NCBI GenBank assembly: GCA_964016885.1
Contig: OZ024755.1
Coordinates: forward strand, 20,336,001-20,400,000
Direction of reading: 5' to 3'
DNA: 64,000 nucleotides
Origin: Eledone cirrhosa
Lineage: Eukaryota
The position numbers and the translations under genes were made by a program. Position 1 is the first letter of the stretch; every line of letters begins with the position of its first letter. Below are positions 27,142 to 40,327 of the stretch, piece after piece. The notes under the pieces are model-generated. The model was not told the DNA's origin, did not search any database, and worked only from the letters and a program-made list of their open reading frames with translations.

Positions 27142-27407
27142 TGTTTCTACTTTTTGGCACAAATCCAGCAATTTCTCCAGTACATTACTAGTATGATTTC
27201 TGATTTAGGTACAAAGCCAGTCATTTAAAAGGATGGGGTAAGTCGCCTAAACCGACCCCAGTACGTTACTGGTATTTTATTTTATCGACCCCGTAAGGAT
27301 AAAATGCAAAGTTAAGCTCGGCATGATTTGAACTCAGAAAGAGCCGTAATTCTATGCCGCACAGCATTTCGTCCGACGCTCTACCGATATTGTCAATCTA
27401 CCGCCCT
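26765..27407 (-). mobile_element. Cluster of four SINE family 1 copies/fragments around an (AAT)n tract
   Basis: Repeated target gcaatgt(a/g)caataataattg; consensus matches. Confidence 0.85.
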
Positions 27408-28535
27408 AATGCGATACAAATAACAACAGGTACATTAGTTAAAATAAAGAAAGATATGGACAAAAACTAACTATAACTTACAACTTTACACGCTTTTCGA
27501 AATAAAGCCCTACTAAATACAGGCTTCATTCTACCTCAGATTTTTTTCCAATTCAATAACATAACACACACTGCATTCATCTCTTAATACTATACAACAT
27601 AAATAACACAATTTCTGTTTAACAACAGTATAATTTACATGCAGATCAAACCACTGAACAACACTAGAAATATGAAAACAAACACTTTTGTTAACGTAAT
27701 TCATTAAGTGCAAGGTTAAATACATTCTAGAGGAGTTAAGCTATTCTACGAAATATATATAGGTTTCAAAATAATCTTTGGTTTGCTTTCAATCCACTTT
27801 TATTAGAAAGTAAATTTGCATCTTAATGGATCCCTTAAAGAATATACTAAATCTTAGAATATGTGCTTAAGTTGAGACAAGGCACGTACAAAGACACGAA
27901 GCGTGATTGAAAATGGTGTTTATTGTAATAAAATCTGCTTCTAAAAAACTTTATTCTTTAATTAAACATTGTAAGGAAACAAATGTAAAATATATAACGA
28001 ATAGAAGCAAACATTAAGATGGCCAATAGACTGCAGTAAATAGCGAGGTAAACAATTTTCTGTATCTAATGTTACAAGCCGCATGACGTTCTAATAACTT
28101 AGACATATGTATATGCTTAGATCTTTTTACTAAAATTTCTGACGTTGTACATGAAATGGCATAAAATATCATGTTGACAAATTATCTACGTATTTGCTGA
28201 ATTCAGAATGTTTTGTAATTGTTCAAATAAATATTGACAGCATTTAATATGCTGTGGTATTCTGGGGTATAAAATCCTTCTTCATAATTGTAAAAGCACA
28301 AAAAGATCTACTGCCTAACGTATTCTACAGCACTATCTGTATATAATATATTTTATATAATAACACTATATATATTTAATATACAAAAAAAATTTATAAA
28401 AAAAAATTTTACTCATTTTTTCAATAATATTACTTTGACGGATCAAAGAAGAAAGAAAGAAAAACAGATTCTTTACATATATTTTCTGTGCTGTTTCCAC
28501 TCCTACTTTTTCTCTGTAATATATTGTATACAGAT

Positions 28536-28612
28536 ATCCTTATGGGGTCGATAAAATAAAGCACCAGTAATACACTGGGATAATTGATGACCTTGTGCCA
28601 AAAGTAGAAAAT
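28536..28612 (+). mobile_element. SINE family 1 3' fragment
   Basis: atccttatggggtcgataaaataaagcaccag...ccttgtgccaaaagtagaaa. Confidence 0.8.
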
Positions 28613-29600
28613 TATATATAGTTACACTTGTCCATGAGTTAGGTGAGCCCTGTATTCTGGATACCAATAACCCCAAACGATTAGCTGCTAAATCAAATCA
28701 CCAGAGAATTAGAAATTTCAAAGTTTCAAGTACGATGTTTTTAAAAATAAATTAGCCAAATATATTTGTTGGCAAATTCTAGGTACTTATATTTTTATAC
28801 ATTACTCATTGTGTGTGTTTAGTCTCAGTTCAGACCTAAGTGAGGAGATATATTACCAAAATCGTTCAAGCGATGACTCTTCCGTCTCTTTATATATCTA
28901 GGATTAAATTGATGAATAGTTTCTTTCTTGTTTAAGACGCTAAGCTATCATTTCAGTGTAAGTAATTGTTTGTTTGTTTTTTCGTCTGTTTTTTTTTTTA
29001 TTATTTAATTCTATCAAATCTATCGATTGTATAGTGACTGCATCGTTGGCAAAAAAAGTGTGAGGCAATTTTTCGCTGTTCCTGATATTGTTTACTGTCA
29101 GAATTTGCAAATACGAGGAAGCAATGGGATTACTTAAACGAAAAACGAACTTACGAATCATATACACCCAATATATTTTCAAACTTTTGAATATGCCTAA
29201 AGGTTTACATTTTAATCGCTGCCAACTAGTCAAGTGTACAACCTCATAATTTATAATTTAATGTTTTTTTATTAACTTTTTTTCAACAAACTATCTCAAG
29301 TCTATCTTGAGATTGGAATCGATAGTTATTCTATTGATTTCCGACATTAATTAGTGTATGATGGTGTCAAGGAAAAATATAGATGTTACATATATTTCCA
29401 GTCTGCCATGTTTATTAGAAAATTACACAAAAAAAAGTTTGAATTCAAAATAAGAAAAATTGGGTATATAATAGTTTAGACCTAAATAGATTTGAAAATA
29501 ACCAGGGAAATGATTTTTAGAAGTATATTCTATACACGCATAGTCTAATTGTGTCTAATCACAAAATGCTAATTATCTTTAAAAGTTTCCAGACACTTCA

Positions 29601-29745
29601 TACGAATGTGAGCTAAAAGGTTCATAGGCTGACTAAGAAGCTCTGAAATCTTGCACGCATTAATTTAAAATCTTAACTGTATTGTTTCTTTCCAGGGACT
29701 ATGTTGAAAAATAAGCCTCAGTTGGTCATTCCATGAGAGTATATT
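29601..29745. mobile_element. Partial mariner-type MITE (same family as 846-1214)
   Basis: ctaaaaggttcataggctgactaa...ttgtttctttcca.ggactatgttgaaaaataa. Confidence 0.7.
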
Positions 29746-30704
29746 CACTGACGAAGTCAAATCTTACACCTACATTATGTATATGTGGAATATATGTGAA
29801 TGGGAAATAATAGATCTCTCCACCCCATGAACAGATTTCCTCCGTAAAATCGAGAAAGGAGTCCCTTTGAGGTGGGCTGGCTGTTCCAGCTGATGTCGCT
29901 GGACATTCTCCGCGGGATGTAGCTGAAACATATTGCTCAGGCTGGTGTGTAGAATCTGTCGCTCTATCACTTTCTTTCATTACTTAATTTCTATGTATTC
30001 TGGCATATGTAAAATGTCCTTGTGATAGATTGTAACCGATTTATTTCACCCAGTCCTTGATTGGTTTCTTTATCTTGATCAGACAACGATGAAAGCAAAA
30101 GTAAAAGTTAGAACGTAAATGTCGAAAATAAATACCGCGAAATCTTTTGTTAGGTGTTCTAGGGATATCGGCACTTCATTACCCTTACAACAGCAACAAC
30201 AAACAAAAGGTTGTTAGTTTTTTATCTGTATATAAGATCTGCCAAATCTGATACAACACAATAAAGACTAAAGTATATATATTATATATATTTTTATGGT
30301 GTAGTTGTTGAATGCACGTTTTTTTTTTATTCATATTTCGACATGTTTGAGACGAGATGTTAATGAATACTTTTATACGGATAATTAACATCGTTAATTG
30401 AAAGAAGAAATGTTTGTTTAATATTTACATCTGCACAGGTGTAAATACTTAAAAAATATTTTATCTCTAAAAGCGAGGTTAATTATGCGGAAAAATTGCA
30501 GTCTTATAACATTTTAACTTAAAATATTAACAGCGTTGCCTGAAAAAAAAACGGAGAATGAAAATAAAATCAACAACAATGTTACTGAATATTAAAATCG
30601 ATGAAAAACCTGAGAGTGGAAGGAAGGATCTAATTACGGTAATATATAATCCATCAATGAAAGTTATAATTCAAGAACGTATGAAAGGCAGTATAACTAC
30701 AGTG

Positions 30705-30986
30705 TAAAGTCTGTCTCTAACGTGGATGCTCATCAGCCCGGTCCTTATCCTGGTTTCCGTGGCGATAAGCGACTGAAAGTACAAGACTCGCCCTGGACAG
30801 GACCCCAGTCCATTGCAGTGCTGAATCCCCAATTATTACTGCTACTCATTTTCAGCAGAGTATACTGGAACAACGTGAAATGAAATGCTTTGATCAAGAA
30901 CCCAAAACACAACCGAGTCCAGGATTCGAACACAGGGCATTATGATTTAAGTTCAATTACCTTACCATCAAGCCAGACGCTTCCAC
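30705..30986 (-). mobile_element. CORE-like SINE family 2
   Basis: Reverse-complement homolog of 44161-44438. Confidence 0.7.
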
Positions 30987-31777
30987 GGAAGACAGTATGA
31001 AAAGAAACTATCTAAATATCGAAAGAATAAATACAGCATCAAGGAAAACATGCCACAATTTAAAGTTGCTGCAGCTCACTGCACTATAAGTTCAAATCCC
31101 ATCGAGACTCGCTTCTCTTGCTTTTCATCCCGACGGGGTCAGTAATATAAAATACCACCAAGGTAGATAGATTGTGGAAATTATTAAAGCATCGGAAGTC
31201 ATTCCTTGCGATATATCTTCCAGCTCTTAACGATCTGAACTGAAATCTCGCTCTGGGCTACTTGGGTAGTAGATTTTCTCCGTCACCCAACTTGGCTTGT
31301 GACTGCAAATAACATTGTGTTGCAAGTACCAGGGCCTGATCACAGAATTGAAATTATATTTCAACCTTGGAGACTCTGAAAATAATCATGGGGACATCCC
31401 TTGCCTTTCTCACCAAACAGTAAAATCAAAGTATCAAAATGTCGATTTAAACCTAATTCATAGGCTATGGGCTTCATTGTGACTATCTAAATGCTGTTAC
31501 AATGAACAGGGTTTAAGACTGACCGTTTAGTTCCATTTATCTTAGGTACAAAGAAGAAAATGGAGTGAGCCCTAATTTAGTCTCCAATTTAGTTTAACTC
31601 TCTCTACCTATAAGTTTAACGAAAGTAACAACGTAGCAGTGATTGTTTCGAGTGCTCCTTAAATCTAACTCAACCGCCTTAAACAAGGAAAGATACCTTC
31701 AATCATACCGAAAGAGACGTTGGATTATACAGTTCTGGGAATGCAAAAAACAACCAGGAAGGTCATGTCAAGAATGT

Positions 31778-32193
31778 CTGATTATTGAATGCTTGTTTCA
31801 TGATAACCTAGAACACAAACACTACCACCACCACCACCACAAACACTACCACAGACACCACCGCCATCACAAACACTACCACCACAGACACCATCACAAA
31901 CACTACCACCATCACAAACACTACCACCACAGACACCATCACAAACACTACCACCACCATCACAAACACCACCGCCATCACAAACACTACCACCACCACC
32001 ATCACAAACACTACCACCACCACAGACACCACCACCATCGCAAAAACTACCACCACCACCACCACAAACACCACCGCCACAGACACCACCACCATCACAA
32101 ACACTACCACCACCACAGACACCACCACCACCACAAACACTACCACCACCACCACAGACGCCTGATTATTGAATGCTTGTTTCATGATAACCT
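31778..32193. repeat. (CAC)-based triplet minisatellite flanked by 32-bp perfect direct repeats
   Basis: ctgattattgaatgcttgtttcatgataacct at 31778-31809 and 32162-32193. Confidence 0.95.
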
Positions 32194-32446
32194 GGAAATA
32201 AACAGCCATAACAACAACGACAGCAACATTTTGTAGTAATCGGTAGAGCGTTCCACATGATTTGTGGTGTTTAGTTACGACTTTCTACATTCTGGGTACA
32301 AAATATGCCGAGGTCTATATTAACATTCATCCCTCTGAAATCGATAAAAGGTACCAGTTATATAATATGACCAATATTATTGACTTGACCCTTTCCTCAG
32401 GTGCTGGCCTTGTGTCGATGCTAGAGAAGAGGGCAGGGGGGGGGGC

Positions 32447-32487
32447 ACTGTCCTGATGACGGCCAGAGCCAGAAAAGCGTTGGCAGT
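32447..32487 (+). ncRNA. Minimal hammerhead ribozyme-like motif
   Basis: ACUGUC-CUGAUGA-CGGC CAGA GCCA-GAAA-AGCG-UU-GGCAGU; stem I 6 bp, intact core, C.A mismatch closing stem II. Confidence 0.6.
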
Positions 32488-32693
32488 TGTCACACGCTAC
32501 TTCCGCTAGCAGTCAGGTTTTCAATATTTGTTTCTACTTTAGGCACAAGGCCAGCAATTACCCAGTAATGAACTGGGTAATTGCTGGCCTTGTGCCTAAA
32601 GTAGAAACAAATATTGAAAACCTGACTGCTAGCGTCGTCTAACGGATTCCAGCAGAAGTAGCGTGTGACAACTGCCAACGCTTTTCTGGCTCT
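32465..32693. repeat. ~230-bp fold-back palindrome centred on a SINE internal hairpin
   Basis: Perfect ~63-bp inner arms with 5-nt loop aatga (32567-32571); outer ~38-bp arms offset by a ~20-nt bulge. Confidence 0.95.
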
Positions 32694-33622
32694 ATAGCTA
32701 GAAGGCTTTCCAAATGTTTATTCGTAAACATACAGTATATCATTAGATATACGGAATTCATATACTTATATGCATACAGCTATGATGGAGCGAAAACTTT
32801 AATTATAGAAACAATTATTTCTAATCGTCTGAGTTTGTGGTACTATTTTATGGTTGGTGTTAAAGAGTGTGCAAGATTGTATATCTGCTGCGAGGAAAAC
32901 ACGCCAATGAAGAAACTTACTGGTGAAAAGTAGACGTTTTGATTTTAAAAATAACACAATTAAACGGAAAATAGTTTGTGGCAAGTTTGGATAAGAAAAA
33001 AACTGACTAAAATGAAATTACATTATACTTATTCTTAAAAGGAGATTTGGTTGTGAAACGAGAAAAACATTTTCAGATTTTTCTTTCCAAATCGAAAAAA
33101 GAAATATTTTCCAGAAACAAATAGAGTTGGAAAATAATGAAAACATAAAAAAACTTGTTTGTTTTTATGTGAAATCACAAAAGTCTTTAAATGGGAAATT
33201 TTCATTTAAACAAAGAATTATGAAAAAAACGAAAGAACAACGACAATACTAAGTTCGTGGTAAAGATTCATTTAACAGTTTGTAGAAACTAGACTGTTTA
33301 CTAAATGAAAATATATATAATAAAATAGTGTATAAAATGAAAGGAAAGCAATAGGAGCATTAGAATTTCGTAGCAGACAAAAAAGAATGAATTGTTTGTT
33401 GGTGTTTCCTGGGATCTTTAGGAATAAAGTAGCACATTTAGTTTAGCTTTTATTTTCCCTCAGATATTTTTTTTTTGTTTTAGTATTGAACTAAGGTTTA
33501 GTTACAATATTTCTCCTCCACACACGCACATTATTTGTATGTATGTGTGTGCGTGTGTGTGTGTGCGCGTGAATGTGTGTATGTGTGTGAGCATGTGTAT
33601 GTGTGTGAGTATGTGTAATGGG

Positions 33623-33672
<50 letters not shown>

Positions 33673-34107
33673 AACATATGTATATATAAATATATGTGTG
33701 TGTTGTATGAGTATTTATATATATATATATACATATATATAAAACACTTTGCTTCTTAGGAATACTCACTATAGTGAAATACCAAACTTAGAATACTACA
33801 TCAGCAGCCGGTCCCACATTAGCAACGTGTGCTGAAACTGATGAACCAATAGTATCTAAGCCTTGCACGACAGTACACTTGTGTGTGTGAAAATATGTTG
33901 GCTTAAGCTTAACAGAGGTTTATGACCGAGAAACCATGAAACAAGTTGAACATATCACCCTTTAGAATCGGAAGAAAAGTGGATAACAACGCTACACATC
34001 TTAGACCATTTCTCTTAATCAAAAACCTCCATTGAAGATTTTTGATTAAGAGAACTTTAAGTTAACTTTAAGCTAACTTATTCTCAAAAACTTCATATTG
34101 GTTCAAC

Positions 34108-34512
34108 CTGCTGCACGGGTCTGAGACTTGGACACTGACCAAGAAACTCACTCAGATGGTGGATGGGTGCTACAGGAGAATGCTGAAGATGGCTCTGAAC
34201 ATTAATCAGAATATACTGAGGGTGAAGAACTCAGAGCTGTACGGGAGCCTCCCAAAAGTCAGCTCAAAAGTGACACAGAGGAGACTGAGGTTAGCTGGAC
34301 ATGCTCACCGACATCTAGAGTTGACACTGCACTCAGTGCTCCTGTGGAATCCCCTGCATGGAGACACTGGAAGAGGAAGACTGAGGTAAACATATGTTGA
34401 TGCCCTAAGGACAGACACTGGTCTGTTGGAGACGCAGGACATGGCAGAGATAATGAGGGATAGAGACCACTGGAGAGAACTCGTCCGTGGATCTCGGGAA
34501 TTTTACCCGCCC
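34108..34512 (+). mobile_element. 5'-truncated RTE-type LINE, second family
   Basis: LLHGSETWTLT..DGCYRRML..LYGSLP..RRLRLAGH..LLWNPLHG..GR.R*TYVD..DTG..DRDHWR; runs directly into (TA)n. Confidence 0.9.
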
Positions 34513-34757
34513 TATATATATATATATATATATATATATGTGACAACATGCATCTAGTCGCATAATTCATGGTGTCAGTATTACCTAACTTCTTGTGTTC
34601 ACTGAGAAGAAATTTATTAATTACTCTATCATCAGCATTGTGACAGTTTTCGACAATCCTACTACTTCCAGCTGCAACTTCTATTATATATATATATATA
34701 TATTAATAAAATAATGAATAAACAAAGAAACAGTTCCTTATATTAAAAAAAATTCAA

Positions 34758-34891
34758 CATTTTACGATCGTTTCTAGGATATATATGTGTTAGAGTTGGT
34801 ATGCATATTCTATAGATCTATGTACAATATTTATACAAACTATCAGAGGGAATATACATACCTACACATATATATGCTGTCTTCAGAAATA
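34758..34891 (-). ncRNA. Hammerhead ribozyme-like motif with ~105-nt extended stem II
   Basis: Minus: UAUUU-CUGAAGA-[CAGCAUAUAUAUGUGUAG...CUAACACAUAUAUAUCCUA]-GAAA-CGAUCG-UA-AAAUG; intact core, palindromic stem III. Confidence 0.6.
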
Positions 34892-35070
34892 ATGATATTT
34901 GTTTATTGAAAGAAACAAAGATTCAATACAATAGGTCTGTTTGGTTTTGAATTGACCAATAGAGATATAGTGAGGGTCAAGGTAGTAATATAGTAGTAGA
35001 AGAACCTTAAATTATGGGTAGAGGAAGGTAGATTTCAGTTTTGGATGGAAAAGAATATTATGAATGAAGG

Positions 35071-35106
<36 letters not shown>

Positions 35107-35128
35107 GATTATATATATATATAGAGAT

Positions 35129-35159
<31 letters not shown>

Positions 35160-35303
35160 ACTGGTTTCAATCAGAAGACTGCGACCAGTATAAATACAGT
35201 GTAGAGCTAAATGAAACTGCGTAGATAGTACAATATGTATATAAAATTACACATATGTTTTTTTAGTATATAGACAGAAAAATACTAAATATACATTGAT
35301 AAA

Positions 35304-35350
35304 GACCTTTACCTGATTTTCGAACCTAGTTGGGTTCTCACCAGAAGACC
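35304..35350 (-). ncRNA. Minimal hammerhead ribozyme-like motif (A6G variant)
   Basis: Minus: GGUCUU-CUGGUGA-GAACC CAACUA GGUUC-GAAA-AUCAGG-UA-AAGGUC. Confidence 0.55.
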
Positions 35351-35827
35351 TGTATATCATTCAAACTACCACAAGAAAATACGTAATCGAGGAGCCTAAA
35401 TGTTTTGTCACTTGTAGTAGTATCCTTGCATGTAAGCCCTAACAATATTTAACAAACAATTCGGAATATGTTTATGTAAAATTCTACATGAATTATGGAA
35501 GTTTCTTGATGGATGGCTTTTTAAAGACAACATTTATGAATACATTATATTTCCTACGGTGAAAATATACTGCTGTGAGTTTGAATCTTCTAATTAGTTT
35601 TAGGGGAAAGTGCTAATTGAAATGCTATATGTAATAAATATCGAAAGGGGGACAAATGAACTAGCAAGGAATCAGTTTCGAGATTGCTTCCAAGATAATA
35701 TGTAACATAACTTATCCTAATTTTCTTTTCGTTATTTATACAAGATACAGACTAGCATCTTCGCTGTAGTGTATTGTCACGATCATATATATATATATAT
35801 TATATATTTTTTCTTATATTTATTTCT

Positions 35828-36105
35828 GTGTGTGAGTATGTAGGTGTGTGTATATATTTCTATATTTGTGCATGTGTATGTATGCGTGTATATATGTGTG
35901 TATATATGTGTATGTATGTATGTGTATGTATATGTGTATGTATATATGTGTATGTATATATGTATGTATATGTATGTATATGTATGTGTATGTGTATGTA
36001 TGTGTATGTGTATGTATATGTATATATATATGTATCTGTGCATATATATGTATGTGTGTATATGAATGTATATATATGTTTATGTATATATATATATGCA
36101 TGTAA

Positions 36106-36137
<32 letters not shown>

Positions 36138-36288
36138 ATGCACGTTTGTGTATTTGTATGTATGTGTATGTATGGATATGTTGATATTTTTGTATATGTA
36201 TGTATGTGTATATGTATGTATATATATACACATATATGTGTGTGTGTATGTATGTGTGTATATATATATATATGTGTGTATGTATATA

Positions 36289-36330
<42 letters not shown>
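35828..36330. repeat. TG/TATG microsatellite
   Basis: Directly visible; a further TG/CG/GTCTGT tract lies at 36742-36963. Confidence 0.9.
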
Positions 36331-36333
<3 letters not shown>

Positions 36334-36526
36334 ATGTGTGTTTTTATTTTTCCTTTCCTTCTTCCTTTTCCAGCCTCACTTTCATATAGATTATATTTTT
36401 GTTTTTAAAATCCAACGCCAATAATTACACCAGGATTTTTTCATTCTGTTGATTGAAAGCAAAATTTTTTTTTGCTTTTAAGAAACCACTGGTAAATGAA
36501 ATAATTGCCTTATGTTGTTTATTACA

Positions 36527-36563
<37 letters not shown>

Positions 36564-36836
36564 CTGTCAGGATGATAGATTGTTTGGTTTTACCTCGCTA
36601 CAATTCATAGAAAACCATTTTCGCTGTCCTTACTTTCCCTGGTGACTTTATGTATATTAAAAAATATATTGCTAGATCGCAATGATAAATGGCTCGGCTT
36701 TGCCAGATTGAATATAACAGCAGTAATATGAGGCCCAAAGTTGCGTGCGTGTGCGCGCCTGCGTGTGTGTCTGCGTGTGTGTGTCTGCGTGTCTGTGTCT
36801 GTGTCTGTGTCTGTGTCTGTGTCTGTGTCTGTGTCT

Positions 36837-36868
<32 letters not shown>

Positions 36869-37967
36869 ATCTGCGTGTGTGTATGTGCGTGTGTGTCTGC
36901 GTGTGTGTGTGTATCTGCGTGTGTGTGTGCGTGTGTGTGTGTGTGCGTGTGCGTGTGCGTGTGCCTTTATGCTGTAAATTCTGGGTCTGTTTTCTATTTT
37001 CCATTTTCTTAAATACTTTTCTTGGCATGTTTATCACACGTAAGTCCCGATGTAATCTACATTCAAAAGACGTTTCTTTAGCAAATATTGTTTACTGTAG
37101 CTCAGTTGGGATCTGCTCTTCTTTGTAAACATCATATTTATTATGCTATGATTATCAAAATAGCTGTTAAATTTTACAGAATTATTTTAAGAATTTCAGA
37201 ATTGAATTTTTGACGTGTCTAAATATGTGATTGACGATATTAAAACTATATAAAAGTAAATCTGTATAATCTTTCTATATCTAATAACTAGATATATACA
37301 AGAAAGTGAATAAGGTTGGAGTGGTCGTTTGTGTATTTCCATTGTCCAAATGTTGTAGCTATGTTACGTTACTTTTTTCAATGTTTAGATATGAAATTAC
37401 TTATTTGTCAATGTTTCTAGTAAACACGCTGCTACTTAAAATCTCGTGTGAAACAATAAAATCGTAATTGATTTTCTCAGGTAAGCGTTTAAACATGGAC
37501 TTATAGAGAATTGGAAAATAAAGAATTGTAAATCCGACCAAAACAAACAGAATTGACGAACAACAAAATGGCTTTATTCACCTTTTATTCTGGTCGATAA
37601 CGTTTTGTGTCGGTGTAAAGTTCTTAATTTCTATCACCAAATTGCCCAACATAACAAAGAATTGTAAACATAAGCATGACTTTAGTGTCAAGTACTGAAT
37701 ATTACTGCTTGCATAGTTGACACAGAGTCACGATCTCGGTTAATCTACATATAGCATGTTTCAAGTGGATTAACGAAGCAGCATCACAAGTATGACAATG
37801 ACGAACATGAGAATATATCTGAGATGATCAACAAAATTAGAATAATATACATCCGTAGTTTAACTAAAGCGAGCTTGGTTTATAATCTCGAGAACGTTAC
37901 CTTATAGGACAAGCATCTGAAACGTTGCAACTTTAACTTCGAGAAATACTCTAGTATATCTATCTAT

Positions 37968-38118
37968 CTCAGGCGGGTAAAATTCCCGAGATCCATGGAC
38001 GAGTTCTCTCCAGCGGTCTCTGTCCCTCATTATCGCTGCTATGTCCTGCATCTCCAACAGACCAGTGTCTGTCCTGAGGGCATCAACATACGTTAACCTT
38101 GGTCTTCCTCTTCTAGTG
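37968..38118 (-). mobile_element. 3' fragment of the second RTE family
   Basis: Reverse complement of ~34366-34512; ORF ends in TGA followed by (GATA)n. Confidence 0.9.
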
Positions 38119-38704
38119 CAAAATAGTTATTGAAAGACATACTGCACAAAAACAAGTTTTCGTCTTACTATAAAAGCAGTATTCTTATCGCACAACTTTT
38201 TTTGTATTAAATAATTAACCAAGGGACTCACTAGACATGACAAACAGACAGCAAATTTAAACAGCTTTTACAACATTAGTGTCTGATCTAAAAGATTATA
38301 CTAACAATCTTTAAAAAAAAAAATACCTACATTACAATATATCGATTTTACTCAATATAACTAAAGTCAACAAGGCAATATCTCTATGTTGTCACTTGAC
38401 ATTTTAAAAACAGCAGTCTAATTCTTGTCTCTCTCTAAACTACCAAACATTAACAATGTTATCTCTTTCTAATTCTTTCCAACCTCACCCCCATCTCAGA
38501 TAGAAGCGATGATAACATTAACAGCAAGACCAGGGAGTAAAAAATCAGTTTAAAGATGGCAGTAATGCGAGAAACTCGACCAGAACGCCTGGTCATTAGA
38601 GTTACAAGATTTACAAAAAAATATGTAAAATATTTGATCATGAAAGACTACTAACCACAAGAGACGTCATTCTTATCATTTTTCAAATCTATAACACAAA
38701 CCAT

Positions 38705-39008
38705 ACATAATATATATATTCATATAAATATATATACACAAACACACACATAATATATATATTCATATAAATATATATACACAAACACACACATGATATA
38801 TATATTCATATAAATATATATACACAAACACACACATGATATATATATTCATATAAATATATATACACAAACACACACATGATATATATATTCATATAAA
38901 TATATATACACAAACACACACATGATATATATATTCATATAAATATATATACACAAACACACACATGATATATATATTCATATAAATATATATACACAAA
39001 CACACACA
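38705..39008. repeat. 43-bp minisatellite, ~7 units
   Basis: catataaatatatatacacaaacacacacatgatatatatatt unit. Confidence 0.95.
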
Positions 39009-39191
39009 CGATATGTGTATGTATGCGCGCGTGCGTGCGTGCGTGCGTGCGCGTGCGTGTTTTTTTCGTGTGGATGTATGTATGTGCGAGTATGCGTTAG
39101 CGTTTGTATTTATATTGTGTGTGCGGATGTATATATATATTTGTGCGCGTCTTTTCTTTTTTGTCTTGTTTTTTTCGTATGTGCGTGCGTG

Positions 39192-39224
<33 letters not shown>

Positions 39225-39544
39225 GCGTGCGCGTGCGTGCGTGCGTGCGCGTGCGTGCGTGCGTGTGTGAGAGCGTCTGTGTGTGTGTGAGCGTGTGCGT
39301 CTGTGTAAAAGGGGAAATCATAATTTCTTTTCGTTTTCTTCTAGTCTTAATTTGGCTTTGTATAAATACTTCTGCCATTAAAATAACATGAAAAAACAAG
39401 ATAAGTTGAGAATTATAACAACCATTTTTCATGACTTCCATTAATGTTTTATGTAATAAAACATTAGAAGTAACCGAACGGATGTAACATCTCTGATATA
39501 ATAAAAAATACAAAGTAAACCTTGTCCATACGTGGGAGTAACAG

Positions 39545-39808
39545 CAGTTTAAAGTGTTTCGAGCCGCCCGGAAACTCATCAGGATGGTTTTTATCCCGGT
39601 TTTGGGGGCGTTAAGTGACTGAGAGTACAAAACGCCAGTCCATCGCAGCATTAAACCCCTCAGTTATTACTGGTACTCGTTTTCAGCTGGGATAAAGTAA
39701 AATGGAGTGTTTTGCTAAAGAACACAACACACAACCAAACCAATCCATGAATCGAACCTACGACATTATGATCGTAAGTCCATCACTAACCTCTAGGCTA
39801 CACGCCAC
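39545..39808 (-). mobile_element. CORE-like SINE family 2
   Basis: Homologous to 30705-30986 (ccagtccatcgcag...tactcgttttcagctg...aagaacacaacac...atcgaacc). Confidence 0.7.
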
Positions 39809-40327
39809 GACAATAACAGCAGACATCTAGAATAATATATTTTTGAAGGTGAACTGTGGTATCAGACACTTCCTTTATACACATCATTGCTTACCTCATA
39901 AATACTATTTTTAAAAGCGGATACATTCTTCATTTGTAGCATTTTCATTATCATCATCATCATCATCATCATTACTATAGCCATGATTGTTGTTTTCATC
40001 GGTATTATCATAGTGTCTTAACAGAACAGATTACAAGAGAGGATTAAAAATGACTGACTAAAATAATTCATAGGTTTTATAAATAGGAATAGATAGTTGT
40101 ATACAAATATTTTATTGCTGCCTGTATTATTGAAGAGCGACGTCAGTTTATTGATGCTTCGTTGATGTCCTATTCGCAACTTATCGACAAATCACTAAAT
40201 TTTCCATCCCCATGATCGCACTGCATTGAAAATAACTGAACTTTTCGAGGACGCCATTATTATCCTTCCATCGGGAACAATTTTTCTGGCGTTTCAATAT
40301 ATTCTTACGATATTGTTGTTTTACTTC

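Noticed and set aside
29726-29980. GC-richer 84-aa ORF
   Set aside because: No recognisable domain; another frame faintly resembles RTE (DISWNSQPT), so probably a decayed LINE.
31643-32236. His-rich 197-aa ORF as a metal-binding or structural protein
   Set aside because: TTG start, no signal peptide, and openness is explained by CAC triplets between direct repeats.
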